A DNA stretch of 64,000 nucleotides, from NCBI GenBank assembly GCA_002269645.1, contig NIVC01000105.1:783992-847991 (forward strand), written 5' to 3'. The stretch is from Macrostomum lignano (lineage: Eukaryota). Each line of letters begins with the position of its first letter. Position 1 is the stretch's first letter. Below the pieces are notes generated by a model. The model was not told the DNA's origin. It did not search any database and saw nothing but the letters and a program-made list of their open reading frames with translations. Below are positions 23,645-35,600 of the stretch, piece by piece. Both the position numbers and the translations under genes were made by a program.

Positions 23645-24260
23645 TACCTTTTAGAAGAATTGACATCCTCGGCGAATAGACATGAGCAATATTTTTGCTC
23701 AACAAGTTGTCTGGCATTTGTCGCAGCTTGTATACGCAATTCTGTCATCCCATCCAGTGCTTTCGTTAATTCCAATTTTGGAAGTTTTTCGGATTGGAAG
23801 GCCAAGCATTTAAAAGTTTTGCTTTGTATTTTCTTTTTCCTACCTTAGTGCAGCGAGTAACGCATTTGCCTCTGAAGCTGCTACTTACTAATTTGGTGCT
23901 TCTTTATCACATGCTATATAACCCACGGTCGAATAAGTCCGACATTGAAAAATTGGCTGAGTCGTTTGTTGGCAATGCTCCGAAGGTCTTCGGTCCGAGA
24001 ATTTTGCGTCTAAACTTTCACTTGCTTTTGCACATTGCTGATCAGTATGAATTACTTGGTCCTGTGTCTTTTTATTCCATGTTTGCTTTTGAAAGCGCAA
24101 TTGGAATGTCTAAGAAATTTTTGTGTGGAACTTCATCGTTTGGCTCCCAGCTAGTATTGAAGTTTTTGTGGCAAAAAGAGCTATTTCATTATTTTAGTCA
24201 AGCCCAGGATCCTGCGGTTCTAGAAGCCTTCAATTCCATATCTTTGGAGCCAATGCGATC
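23645..24260 (+). pseudogene. CACTA transposase C-terminal half (continuation of the 21127 ORF)
   Basis: FSDWKAKHLK; LNFHLLLHIADQYELLGPVSFYSMFAFESAIG. Confidence 0.88.
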
Positions 24261-24349
24261 AGAGGGCATTCTTCGAAGCTCTGAAGCTCTGATTTATGAC
24301 AAGCGTCCTAGTTTTAAGAACTTCAAATTGTGCAAGAACCACCTGTCGG

Positions 24350-24690
24350 CTGTGGACTCTGAAGAAGGCCAACTTCAGGCGGCAATGCTTTTGCTTCTTG
24401 GCCGCCTAAGGCTGGACCCTGAGACCATCTTCAGGGCAGAGCTTCCGGTCCATATTATCAGAGAAGGCACTACATCTGGCAAGTGGTGCGGAGTGCACGT
24501 CAACGGAGAAAATCTCGTTTTCGATAATTTCCGCGACTGTGTGCTGGTCTTCGTGTTAGTCTTCATCGCCTTTAATCTGGAGCACACCTCACTCCTGGAG
24601 CCATACTTGGAGACCATCGAGGTAATGGCGAAGCTGCGTCGACGGGCTACACGCGTGGATGCCATCAGCTTATTTCGGCCGTTTAAGGTC
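24350..24690 (+). pseudogene. CACTA ORF2 C-terminal segment (SAMD3-like C-terminal type), fused in frame to the transposase fragment
   Basis: LQAAMLLLLGRLRLDPETIF..VHVNGE..FRDCVLVFVLVFIAFNLEH..LEPYLETIE, directly before the right subterminal repeats; family assignment from recalled motif. Confidence 0.55.
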
Positions 24691-25035
24691 CAGAAACTAC
24701 AAAAGGTCCGTATATATCGACGCCGCGGACCTTTCATTACGGACCTCTTGCGGACCTTTTTTCGGACCTTTATGATTTACAGTGTAACCCAATTGATAAT
24801 CTTCAATGTTTATTCGAAGGCCAAATTAAGTTTCTGCTCTAAGAGATTTTCTCTCCTTCAAACCGGCACGAGCCACATTTCTGTTCTTCTAGTTGTTCGG
24901 ACTTTTGTCTTCTTGTATTCGCGATTTGATAATACCATCGAGCATTAGTATTCAGTTAAAAATTAGAACTCTCTCCGACTGGAAGGCAAAGCATTAAAAA
25001 ATTTTACACTTTATATGTGCTTTCCTACTTTGGTG

Positions 25036-25548
25036 CACTTGATAAGCCATGGATCAATACACTTGATAAACCAATGATTATTGCACTTGATAAGCCAAGG
25101 ATTACTGCACTTGGTAAGCCAATAATTATTGCAGTTGAGAAGCCTCGGATCAATACACTTGATAAACCAAAGATTATTGCACTTGATAAGCCATGGATCA
25201 ATACACTTGATAAACCAATGATTATTGCACTTGATAAGCCAAGGATTACTGCACTTGATAAGCCATGGATCAATACACTTGATAAACCAATGATTACTGC
25301 ACTTGATAAGCCAAGGATTACTGCACTTGGTAAGCCAATAATTATTGCAGTTGAGAAGCCTCGGATCAATACACTTGATAAACCAATGATTATTGCACTT
25401 GATAAATCAAGGATTACTGCACTTGATAAACCAAGGATTATTGCACTTGATAAGCCAAGGATTACTTCACTTGATAAGCCAAGGATTATTACACTTGATA
25501 AGCCAAGGATTACTTCACTTAATAAGCCAAGGATTATTGCACTTGATA
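25036..25548. repeat. 24-bp minisatellite with higher-order structure
   Basis: GCACTTGATAAGCCAAGGATTATT consensus; a 5-unit block recurs. Confidence 0.95.
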
Positions 25549-25624
25549 CTGATTGCTCTCGAGGGGGGGTATTTGCTATTTGGAAGAGGGGGGGGGGTAC
25601 TGGCTACATGTATGGGATTCTTTC

Positions 25625-25835
25625 TATCGAGGGATGCTTGCTATTTAGGGATTCTTGCTATCTGCCGGATGCTTTCTATCTGGGTGGATGCTTATATCTG
25701 GGGGATGCTTGCTATCTGCAGGATGTCTGCTATCTGGGTGGATGCTTATATCTGGGGGATGCTTGCTATCTGCAGGATGTCTGCTATCTGGGTGGATGCT
25801 TGCTGTCTTGGGAATATTTTCTATTTAGGGGGGAT
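25625..25835. repeat. Degenerate ~20-bp repeat with a near-exact ~60-bp duplication
   Basis: GGGATGCTTGCTATCTG / GGTGGATGCTTATATCTG units. Confidence 0.8.
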
Positions 25836-27354
25836 GTCTGTTATCTTTGTGAAAGCTATATTTTGTTGTCTCTTTGTTAATTTATGAAAAAGATAGTCAT
25901 ACCAAATATCATTGTCCGTGACAATTTCATAGGAATAAGGTGATTTTTAAAAGTGAAGAAGGAATTGGTGTTTAAGAAAATGTGCTTTTTTATTTTTTTC
26001 CATGAACTATTTTTGCTCCTTGCTCCCGGAGGGGGCCGCACTAGATTGCTAGTCTTTGGTTTAAAGATTCTTCGCCTTAACTTTCATTTACTTCTACATA
26101 TGGGCGAACAGTATAGTATGCTTGGCCCTGTTTTTGGTTACTCGATGTTTGCCTTTGAGAGTGCAATGGGCATGTTCAAAAAGTTTTTGCGTTTCACATC
26201 CTGGTTGGTCAGGATGTTTTTACCAGCGTTATCACCTGGTTGGCCAGGTGATAAACGCTGGTCGAAAGGACTCCACTGAGGCAAATGCGTTGAAGCAGGC
26301 TAAGTTCGTTAAACCAGGGACTTCTGCGATTAACAATTTACCATAGAATAGAAAAGGACTGGAAACTAGAAGCATATTGGAAAGGGTGGGGGCCAAACCT
26401 ATTGGAAAGGGTGGGGCGTCAAACCTCGAAAGGGTGGGGCGCTAAACCTGCTGGCAAGGGGACGGCACATTTTTTGCTAGTCAATTGGGGCTAGGAGGCC
26501 ACGGCTTTCTGTTTCTAAAATAATCTCTTATAAACAAAACCTTAGACAGAGCTCTAAGTAAACGCTGTGTGCATGCAGCTAAACAACTATATTTGATGCT
26601 TAGGGAATGAATTTTGACATGAAATTAATAACAAGGAATTAAAGATTCGAGTTGGCACTGTAAACAAAACAAAGAGTAACAGTACACGGTGGTGTTCATT
26701 CTAACATATATTGCTTTTTTAGTATTTGATATCAAACACGTGAGATCAACAAGCAGAATTGTCAATACTGGTGAAGTGAAGGCAAAAATTAGCATGAACC
26801 AAATACTCGTACGTGCGTAGAACACGGTGCGAAATTCCTCAACAATAAAAGTGCCGTCATTCTCAGCAGAATTTTAGGCAAACTTCCACCACTAAATACT
26901 AGGCAATACATTTATTTGCACAGACATGGAAGGAACACAGAATAGCTATCTGACACTGAACAGATGCGACTAGCAAAACGACTGTGATGCGCTACAGAGT
27001 GACTAAACAAGAAATAAGAACAGAACAGAAAAAATACTAAAATGAACCACAGCCATAAAACCATATCAATATATTTTCAAAAACAGGTCGTTAAGACTAT
27101 TTAGCCGAAGAAAGCGGTACGAAGAAGCCCCCCAGAGTCGTTGCAGGTAACACAGCACAGGTAAAATAGCAAAGAAGTGACTCTAGACGACTCTACTTTG
27201 ACGAGATGTCGCGGTAAAAGTCGCCAAAAAGTCGTCAGAGTCGCCTGGGAGTCAATTTGAAGCGTTTTATTGTCTGCGGCTCTGAAACGACCTTGGGGCC
27301 GTAGAGTCATATCGGAGGCGTGTCAAAGTCGCTGTAGAATCACTGAGTTGAGTC

Positions 27355-27769
27355 CACAGACACTAGAACAACTAGATAGGCCACTCAGGCATGTATACTT
27401 AGTAAAACAGCTTTCTACTTTCAGTTCAGTAGCAAAGAAGAATACATAGCTATTTTATAAAAATAAAGGCAGCTGAAATTACTTTAACAAGTTTAGAAGC
27501 CCAAGCTTCCATGCGTTTAAAACTTGCTAATTGGTTCAGCCATAATGTACATTAGCCAGCGCACTGAAATGTACATGGCAGCCTTTAGGCTGGAATTCAG
27601 AGAAAGGCACTAAAAATTGGGGCAGGGTGGTGGGGGTAGTGTGAAAAGTCGCGGGTGGGGGTAAGAGCCAATAAGTGGGCATAATTGGTTTTAAAATACA
27701 ATAAAACGCTTCTAAGTAGCTTACACGCAAATGTCCTGAGTGGCCTATCTAGTTATTCTAGTATCTGTG
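27355..27769. mobile_element. MITE (415 bp) with ~35-bp TIRs and 8-bp TSD (hAT- or P-type)
   Basis: CACAGACACTAGAACAACTAGATAGGCCACTCAGG / CCTGAGTGGCCTATCTAGTTATTCTAGTATCTGTG; GTTGAGTC at 27347-27354 and 27770-27777. Confidence 0.88.
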
Positions 27770-27870
27770 GTTGAGTCTAAAGCGCCTCTTGCACCAATTT
27801 ATATTAATTATAAAATAATATTTTTCATTAATATATAACAACTCTATTTATTCTACTTGAGTTGGTACAC

Positions 27871-29566
27871 CTTTTCACTTTCAGTTTTGAACAACCTGCA
27901 ACCAATTTTAATTTTCTGGCATCCGATTCCCACACTTTTTGGTTGTGACAGCTTCGATTTTCAACCAGTATCGACCAACTGCGACACAGATTCGACAGTT
28001 GGCATACATTTCCAACAAACAGTCAATCAGTTCTAACAATGGCCAACCAATTCCGTCAATTGGGGTAGAAAGAGCCTGCGCATTATCGTTTTTTCTGGTT
28101 GAAATTTCCATTTGAAATGGAATGAAATGGAAATTCATACTAGTTATGATTATGAAATGGAAATCCATTTGAAATGGAATGAAATGGAAATTTCAACCAG
28201 AAAAAAACGATAATGCGCAGACTCTTTCTACCCCACTTGGCGGAATTGGTTGGCCATTGTTAAAGACTGTTTGTTGGAAATGCATGCCAACTGTCGAATC
28301 TGTATCGCAGTTTGTCGATACTGGTTTGTCGATGATTCTTAGAATTTCAAATCACTAAGTCAACATACTGGTTCAGTCAATGCTATCGAGTTTGACAATG
28401 AAAAAGAATTTCTTGCTAGTGGTAAGTGCTTATAATATTTTCAATGACCCTTCATCTTAACCCTATAGTACAAGCTTTAGTTCTTTACTCTTGTCTTAGT
28501 ATAGAATTTAATCTTGATCCTGCAAACATACTGAGCCTTCATCTGACTAAACAGTGACCTTAAGCTTATCCTTACATTCCTACCCTATACCCTATACCCT
28601 ATCCCTACATCATAAACCATGCACCTTATCACTACATCCCAATCCTGCACCTTATCTGTATGCCTCAACCCTGCACCCTATCTGTATGCCTCAACCCTGC
28701 ACCCTATCTGTATGCCTCAACCCTGCACATTATCTGTATGCCTCAACCCTGCACCTTATCTGTATGCCTCAACCCTGCACCCTATCTGTATGCCTCAACC
28801 CTGCACCCTATCTGTATGCCTCAACCCTGCACCCTATCTGTATGCCTCAACCCTGCACATTATCTGTATGCCTCAACCCTGCACCTTATCTGTATGCCTC
28901 AACCCTGCACCTTATCTGTATGCCTCAACCCTGCACATTATCTGTATGCCTCAACCCTGCACATTATCTGTATGCCTCAACCCTGCACCCTATCTGTATG
29001 CCTCAACCCTGCACCCTATCTGTATGCCTCAACCCTGCACCCTATCTGTATGCCTCAACCCTGCACATTATCTGTATGCCTCAACCCTGCACCCTATCTG
29101 TATGCCTCAACCCTGCACATTATCTGTATGCCTCAACCCTGCGCCTTATCTGTATGCCTCAACCCTGCACCTTATCTGTATGCCTCAACCCTGCACATTA
29201 TCTGTATGCCTCAACCCTGCACATTATCTGTATGCCTCAACCCTGCACCCTATCTGTATGCCTCAACCCTGCACATTATATGTATGCCTCAACCCTGCAC
29301 ATTATCTGTATGCCTCAACCCTGCACCCTATCTGTATGCCTCAACCCTGCACATTATCTGTATGCCTCAACCCTGCACATTATCTGTATGCCTCAACCCT
29401 GCACCTTATCTGTATGCCTAAACCCTGCACATTATCTGTATGCCTCAACCCTGCACCTTATCCCTGAAAATTGAAAATTAAAGCTGTCAAAATCAAAAAG
29501 TGTCGGAATCGGATGCCAGAAAAATAAAATTGGTTGCAGGTTGTTCAAAACTGAAAAGTGAAAAAG
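27871..29566. mobile_element. Foldback-like structure: ~95-bp outer inverted repeats enclosing an inner palindrome and a minisatellite
   Basis: 27871-27964 is the reverse complement of ~29471-29566; inner arms 27963-28112 and 28186-28326 are inverted around a GAAATGGAAT spacer. Confidence 0.7.
28645..29462. repeat. 26-bp minisatellite (~31 copies)
   Basis: TATCTGTATGCCTCAACCCTGCAC(CC/AT/CT). Confidence 0.97.
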
Positions 29567-29667
29567 TTGAGCGATAATACCACTCTTGGGTGACTTTTTC
29601 ACGACTTTAACTTTAAGCAATGACTAACGATTCTAGCCACCAGTTACGTTTTCCACTGCGGTAAATT

Positions 29668-32600
29668 TTACAGCTCATCGCGCTTGTGATCATCAGCAGA
29701 CCCGACATCCGGTTTACTAGCAGCATCGGTGCCAGCATCAAGCAGCCAATCGCGATACGCCTGCCTAGGATCCAAATCCAAATGCTTATGAAACGATATC
29801 GGCAACTGCGCCCTGAGCAACACTGGCGAGTATTCAACTGGCTTAGCCTGATGCAACAGGTGCGAGTGCACTATGGGCACTGACAGGCTTCGAAGCCAGA
29901 CGCCTAGGCTCATGTCGTCAGGCGATTCGGCCGAGCCGCAGCGAGTAACAACAATACCGCCGGCCCCGTTTGCCTCGACTGTCAATCGACGCAGCGCCGC
30001 CCGGTTCAAAGCGAAGCCGCTGCCCCCAGTCGGGTAGGGGTAGCCGTGCCGCCCGTCGGCGCTTAAGTAGCCGTACTTCTCCCCGACAACCAACGGGCTG
30101 TCCGCTGGCTGCGACAAGCTGTGACAGGCTAACAGGCGGGCTAATCGACTGGGCGACAGCAGAGTGTCATCGTCGCAGACGACGAACCAGTCGAATAGTG
30201 CGCTGCTGCTGCTGCAATTTGTTTTTGTATAGTTTGCTATTGGCCATTTACGTTTTCGAAATGGAATTTCGGGAACGCATTTAAAAAAAGGGGATGCCGA
30301 GGAATGGGCATATCGGGGAAGAAGATATAGAGGATGGGGTTGTCGGGGATGGGGATCTCGTGGATGGGAATGTCCGGGATGGGGATTTCGGGGATGTGGA
30401 TTTCGAGGATGGGGATTTCGGGGATGGGTATTTCGGGGATGTGGATTTCGGGGATGTGGATTTCGGGGATGTGGATTTCGGGGATGGGGATTTAGGGGAT
30501 GGGGATCTCGGGGATGGGGATTTAGGGGATGGGGATCTCGGGGATGGTGATGTCGGTGAAGGGGATGTCGGGATGGGGATTTCGGGGATGGGGATGTCGG
30601 TGAAGGGGATTTCGGTGAATAGATGTCGAGAATGGGGATTTCGGGGAAGGGGATGTTGGGATTAGGGTTTCAGGGAAGGGAATGTTGATAAAGGGGATGG
30701 GGGATGGGGATGGGATTCTAGGGATGCTGGGGGGATGGGATTCGGGGATGGGGGGGGGGGTGTCGGTGAAGGGGATGTCGGGGAAGGGTATTTCGGGGGT
30801 GGGAGATGTCGGTGAAGGGGATGTCGGGGAAGAGGATTTCGGAAAAGGGGATATCAGAAAAAGGGATTTTGGAGAACCCCGGAGTTTCGAATTGGAATTT
30901 TCAGTTTTGGGGAATGAAATTTTCGTGAAAGGAAGAAAAACTTATGCAAAGTGAATTTTTTGGCAGCTGAGAATGTGATTTAGCGAGCTAGGGACTAATA
31001 TAACTATTTCAGCCTTTATTCAATAAGACCACTAACTTGGATTTATCACTGCCGTCAGCATTATTTGTCGCCTGCGCAGACACATTATTGCTTTCCGCCA
31101 ACAGATGCAGAATCCTATTGAGCTTGTCGCAATGGCCTCGCTCAGTGTTGGGGACTCCGCAGGCTACAGTGGGAATCTCCCGATCTTCAACATCAGCGTA
31201 GTAGATTATGTTGGGCGCCTCTTTGGCCCAGGTGTCGCGGACCACAGACAGAACGGTGGCGAAATTCGCCTGGTGAGTCTTCACGGCGAATAGTGTGCGG
31301 TTGAGCACGGCCGACACCGCGGAGCTGTTCGGGAACTGGGAGGAGGAGCACAGGTGTTGTGGACAGAGCGGTGCAGCTGAGACACTTACAACATTGGTAT
31401 CTTCTAGCAGGGAATGTAGCGGTGAGGAATGAGGATCTGGGAGGCTGCTGGCCCAGCAACTGAGGATCTGAGAGGCTGGCCCAGCAACTGAGGATGTGAG
31501 AGGATGGCCCAGCAACTGAGGATCTGGAAGGCTGGCCCAGCAACTGAGGCTCTGGGAGGCTGATGGCCCAGCAACTGAGGCTCTGGGAGGCTGGTGGCCC
31601 AGCAACTGAGGCTCTGGGAGGCTGATGGCCCAGCAAATGAGGATCTGGGAGGCTGATGGCCCAGCAACTGAGGCTCTGGGAGGCTGGTGGCCCAGCAAAT
31701 GAGGATCTGGGAGGCTGATGGCCCAGCAACTGAGGCTCTGGGAGGCTGGTGGCCCAGCAAATGAGGATCTGGGAGGCTGGTGGCCCAGCAACTGAGGCTC
31801 AGGAAGGCTGGCCACCCAAACAGCAGTTACAGACACTAACACACTGAGGCAGCCGGAACATCTCAGTAGTCCAGGTGATGCAGCTATCAGTGAGATTGAC
31901 ACTTCTAGGACACATAGCGCTTAATGCGGTCAAATTGGCCAGATGCAGCTCAATGCTGATCAGTGAGGCGAGCTGCAACAGAAAATGAGAAAAAAACAGT
32001 CTATAAATAGAAAACAATATAAGATAGAAAACTCACACAAGTTAGTCATTAACGAACCTCATAAGCTGGGTCAATTCTAAACTCATACTCCCCCAGCTTG
32101 GCCTTGTTGACTTGGAAATGTTCCACTAGACTGAAAATAGAAAATACAATTATAAATTTACTGCTTTATTACAATCACCATTTATTAATAAAGTGATAAT
32201 TATTATCACCTGGTAATTAGCCCGTTACTCATTGCAAAACCGCAATACACAAACGGATAGAGGTGCCTTGACTGGCTGAAATGATGCACAATGTAATAAC
32301 CTTCGTCTCGTAGCGGGCTGCCAATAAACAGAGGCTGAAAATTATAGGGGGGGGGGGGTCGCAAAAGTATCAATTTTGTGCCAATAAATTTGCCTAGAAA
32401 GCACACGTGCATGTACGATGGGTGTCTCAAAAGTTTCCGGAATGCCAGCTGAAATGTTGGATAAAACCTAGTTTGATTAGATCAACGCATGATGCCATAG
32501 ACCGACCGGGGGTTCGAACTCAGGCCCCCGGTTCGAACTCAGGCTCTCTATCTTTATGTGCTTTTAAACTTCACAATAAGCAGTCCGCCCCGCTTAAGGT

Positions 32601-35600
32601 TTGTGTCTATTCTCAGCTCTCCTCTTTAAACTCCTCTCCACTACCACCTCCTATCTTCTCTTCTGTTCCCCTTTCTCTTTTCGCCTCTTTCCTCTCCATT
32701 ATCATCTCCTCTCTCGTATTCTCATTCTCTTTTCTCTTCTTTCCCTCCTCTCTCTTCTCATTTTTTTCATCTTACATATCTAATCTCCTCCCTCTGGCCT
32801 GCAGTCATGCGCTAGATTCTACGAGTATATCTTATTTATACTTATTTATACTTATTTATATATATATATTATTTCCTCCATGATCTGACCTTGGTGTTTA
32901 ACTTTAAGCTGCCGGATGGTCAGCAGAGCTGACCCTGAACCAACAGCCTTTACTGCTGGTAATTTTCGGAGTCTATGCTAAAAAAGAAAAGTTATGTGCT
33001 GCACAGTAGCCGTTCCTGCCGAGCATGGTCAGCAGCGCTGATCATATGAAAAATGGGCGAAAAAAGTCCTACTTAATTGCAATGGAATGCAGCGACTCGG
33101 TTTCAGCATTCATTGTGATGACATCATCAGTCTCAGAATTTCAAAAATGCTCCCTTCTCGGCTAGAAAGGCTTTGCACAGCGGCGCATTAAGATTCTAGC
33201 TATAGTCTATGGCCAGCCCAGCTGAGCATGTCGGCAGGAACGGAGCTTTTGTATTTCTAGCTCCGGCGCAATAAGATTCTAGCTATAGTCTATGGCCAGC
33301 CCAGCTGAGCATGTCGGCAGGAACGGAGCTTTTGTATTTCTAGCTCCGGCGCAATAAGATTCTAGCTATAGTCTATGGCCAGCCCAGCTGAGCATGTCGG
33401 CAGGAACGGAGCTTTTGTATTTCTAGCTCCGGCGCAATAAGATTCTGGCTATAGTCTATGGCCAGTTCAGCTGACCATGTCGGCAGGAACGGAGCTTTTG
33501 TATTTCTAGCTCCGGCGCAATAAGATTCTGGCTATAGTCTATGGCCAGTTCAGCTGACCATGTCGGCAGCAACGGAGCTTTTGTATTTCTAGCTCCGGCG
33601 CGAAAAGGAAGTTCCCCGGTCTACGCCATTATGAGTTGGTCTAATCAAACCATAGACTAAAATTGCCATAGAAATCTTATACAGCTCTATAGAAGCTAAA
33701 GTTGTAATCAAAATTCAGCTGGTTTGAACATTCCTGCAAAAAAAGTCATCTCAGTCCAGATAATTTGAAGACACCCCTCGTACAAAAAACTTTGTGCTTG
33801 ATGGGTTGGCCTTCAACACTACAGCCCTAGCTAAATCTACAGCTCCAAATTAACTGCATCCGGGCACGAATTCGAATCCCCGGATACCTGGACCGGGCTG
33901 GGGACAGTTGACAATCTGACAGTCAATTACTGTGGGCTAAATATTTTTTTCCGAGAAATTGCAGTCCCCACTAATCCTAGCTTAAAAAATCACACGACTC
34001 ACCTTGCTAGAATTATACTGAGCAAGTTGGTTGAGCAGTCCAACCAGATTCATCCGAGTCTCCTCGTGACAAAAGAATACGAAATCCGATTGAGTTAGTT
34101 GGGTATGGTTTCTGTAAAAAATGTTTTAACTATGATTAGCATTCATTTAAACACCACTACTAGGAAGCAGATTTAGAGCGCAAATCTTACCCGGCCAATA
34201 TTGGCAAATAGAAAAAAGTCTCAATTCCAGGATCGACCAAGTCTTCAGCCAGGGCTATGGAAATGTCTGGAGTCTGCAAAATATTTTCAATTTTTAATGT
34301 TTTTTTGCTATTCTGGATTTTAAGCGGATTCTCTGGAGTAGCAAAAATTCGGTGATTTTTTTAATTTGAAGGGATTTTCTTGCAGTTTAGGGGCGACTCT
34401 TACTGCAGTTTAAGACTGATTCATACACCAGTTAATGAGTCTTTTTGGCAGTTTATGAGCCAGTTGGTTGCATTTTACTTCCGCGATCTTCAATTAGCAA
34501 TTCACTTCTGCTCACCTCGGCACCAGCAGGCACTTTTAGCTCTTTCGCCTGATCCTCAATATGCCGCCTCAACAAATCGCAGCGCTGCTTGTGAAAGCTG
34601 GCCGCTTGACTCTGGCACATCAGCACGAACAGAACGCGCGATTTCAATACCGATGATGGCGACGCTGCCGTGCCCGTCTCGGATTCTGTCACGGAAACGA
34701 TTGAAAGTAAATTGCCGCTTTATAAACCTGTTGTGTTTCTGTGACTGGTCCCCACCAGCACCCACCTTAGTGACTGGCCACCAGCACCAGCACCCACCTC
34801 AGTGACTGGCCACCAGCACCCACCTCAGTGACTGGTCCCCACCAGCACCAGCACCCACCTCAGTGACTGGTCCCCACCAGCACCCACCTCAGTGACTGGC
34901 CGCCAGCACCAGCACCCACCTCAGTGACTGACCACCAGCACCAACACCCACCTCAGTGACTGGTCCCCACCAGCACCCACCTCAGTGACTGGTCCCCACC
35001 AGCACCCACCTCAGTGACTGGCCACCAGCACCAGCACCCACCTCAGTGACTGGTCCCCACCAGCACCCACCTCAGTGACTGGCCACCAGCACCCGCACTC
35101 ACCTCAGTGACTGGTCCCCACCAGCACCCACCTCAGTGACTGGTCCCCACCAGCACCCACCTCAGTGACTGGTCACCAGCACCAGCACCCACCTCAGTGA
35201 CTGGCCACCAGCACCAGCACCCACCTCAGTGACTGGTTCCCACCAGCACCCACCTCAGTGACTGGTCCCCACCAGCACCCACCTCAGTGACTGGCCACCA
35301 GCACCAGCACCCACCTCAGTGACTGACTACCAGCACCAGCACCCACCTCAGTGACTGGCCACCAGCACCAGCACCCACCTCAGTGACTGGTTACCACCAG
35401 CACCCACCTCAGTGACTGGTCCCCACCAGCACCCACCTCAGTGACTGGTCCCCACCAGCACCCACTTCAGTGACTGGCCACCAGCACCAACACCCACCTC
35501 AGTGACTGGTCACCAGCACCAGCACCCACCTCAGTGACTGGCCACCAGCACCAGCACCCACCTCAGTGACTGGCCACCTGCACCAGCACCCAATTCAGTG

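Larger units (their letters stand above)
12898..24784 (+). mobile_element. Composite CACTA/EnSpm element (~11.9 kb) inserted into another CACTA transposase
   Basis: Left end CACTGTGAATCA, right end TGATTTACAGTG (11/12 inverted match), TA on both sides, GGACCT/AGGTCC subterminal repeats at both ends; the interrupted transposase resumes after 24786 as PIDNLQCLFEGQIKFLL. Confidence 0.85.
24787..26200 (+). pseudogene. Outer CACTA transposase pseudogene, 3' part, split by minisatellites
   Basis: PIDNLQCLFEGQIKFLL (24787-), LSDWKAKH (~24970-24995), ILRLNFHLLLHMGEQYSMLGPVFGYSMFAFESAMG (26065-26175). Confidence 0.85.

Noticed and set aside
22747-23805. 352-aa minus-strand ORF
   Set aside because: Antisense shadow of the GC-rich mariner transposase plus its flank.
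25017-25887. Long ORFs with ALDKPRII repeats on both strands
   Set aside because: They result from a stop-free 24-bp minisatellite inside a transposase pseudogene; there is no independent coding evidence.
28554-29474. Cys-rich repeat ORFs in three frames
   Set aside because: Translation of a 26-bp tandem repeat; all frames give the same peptide.
32500-32545. tRNA/SINE B-box GGTTCGAACTC hairpin
   Set aside because: No A-box or cloverleaf is recognisable; it is only a short duplicated motif.
33181-33601. 83-bp array or 44-bp array (15424) as CRISPR or ribozyme arrays
   Set aside because: Units are contiguous with no unique spacers, there are no cas genes, the context is eukaryotic, and the 83-bp unit has no CTGANGA/GAAA core on either strand.
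34686-34730. Alternative B3GLCT acceptor at CAACAG giving an in-frame TAA (pseudogene interpretation)
   Set aside because: The downstream acceptor GTGACAG (exon start 34685) has a better pyrimidine tract and keeps the frame open.
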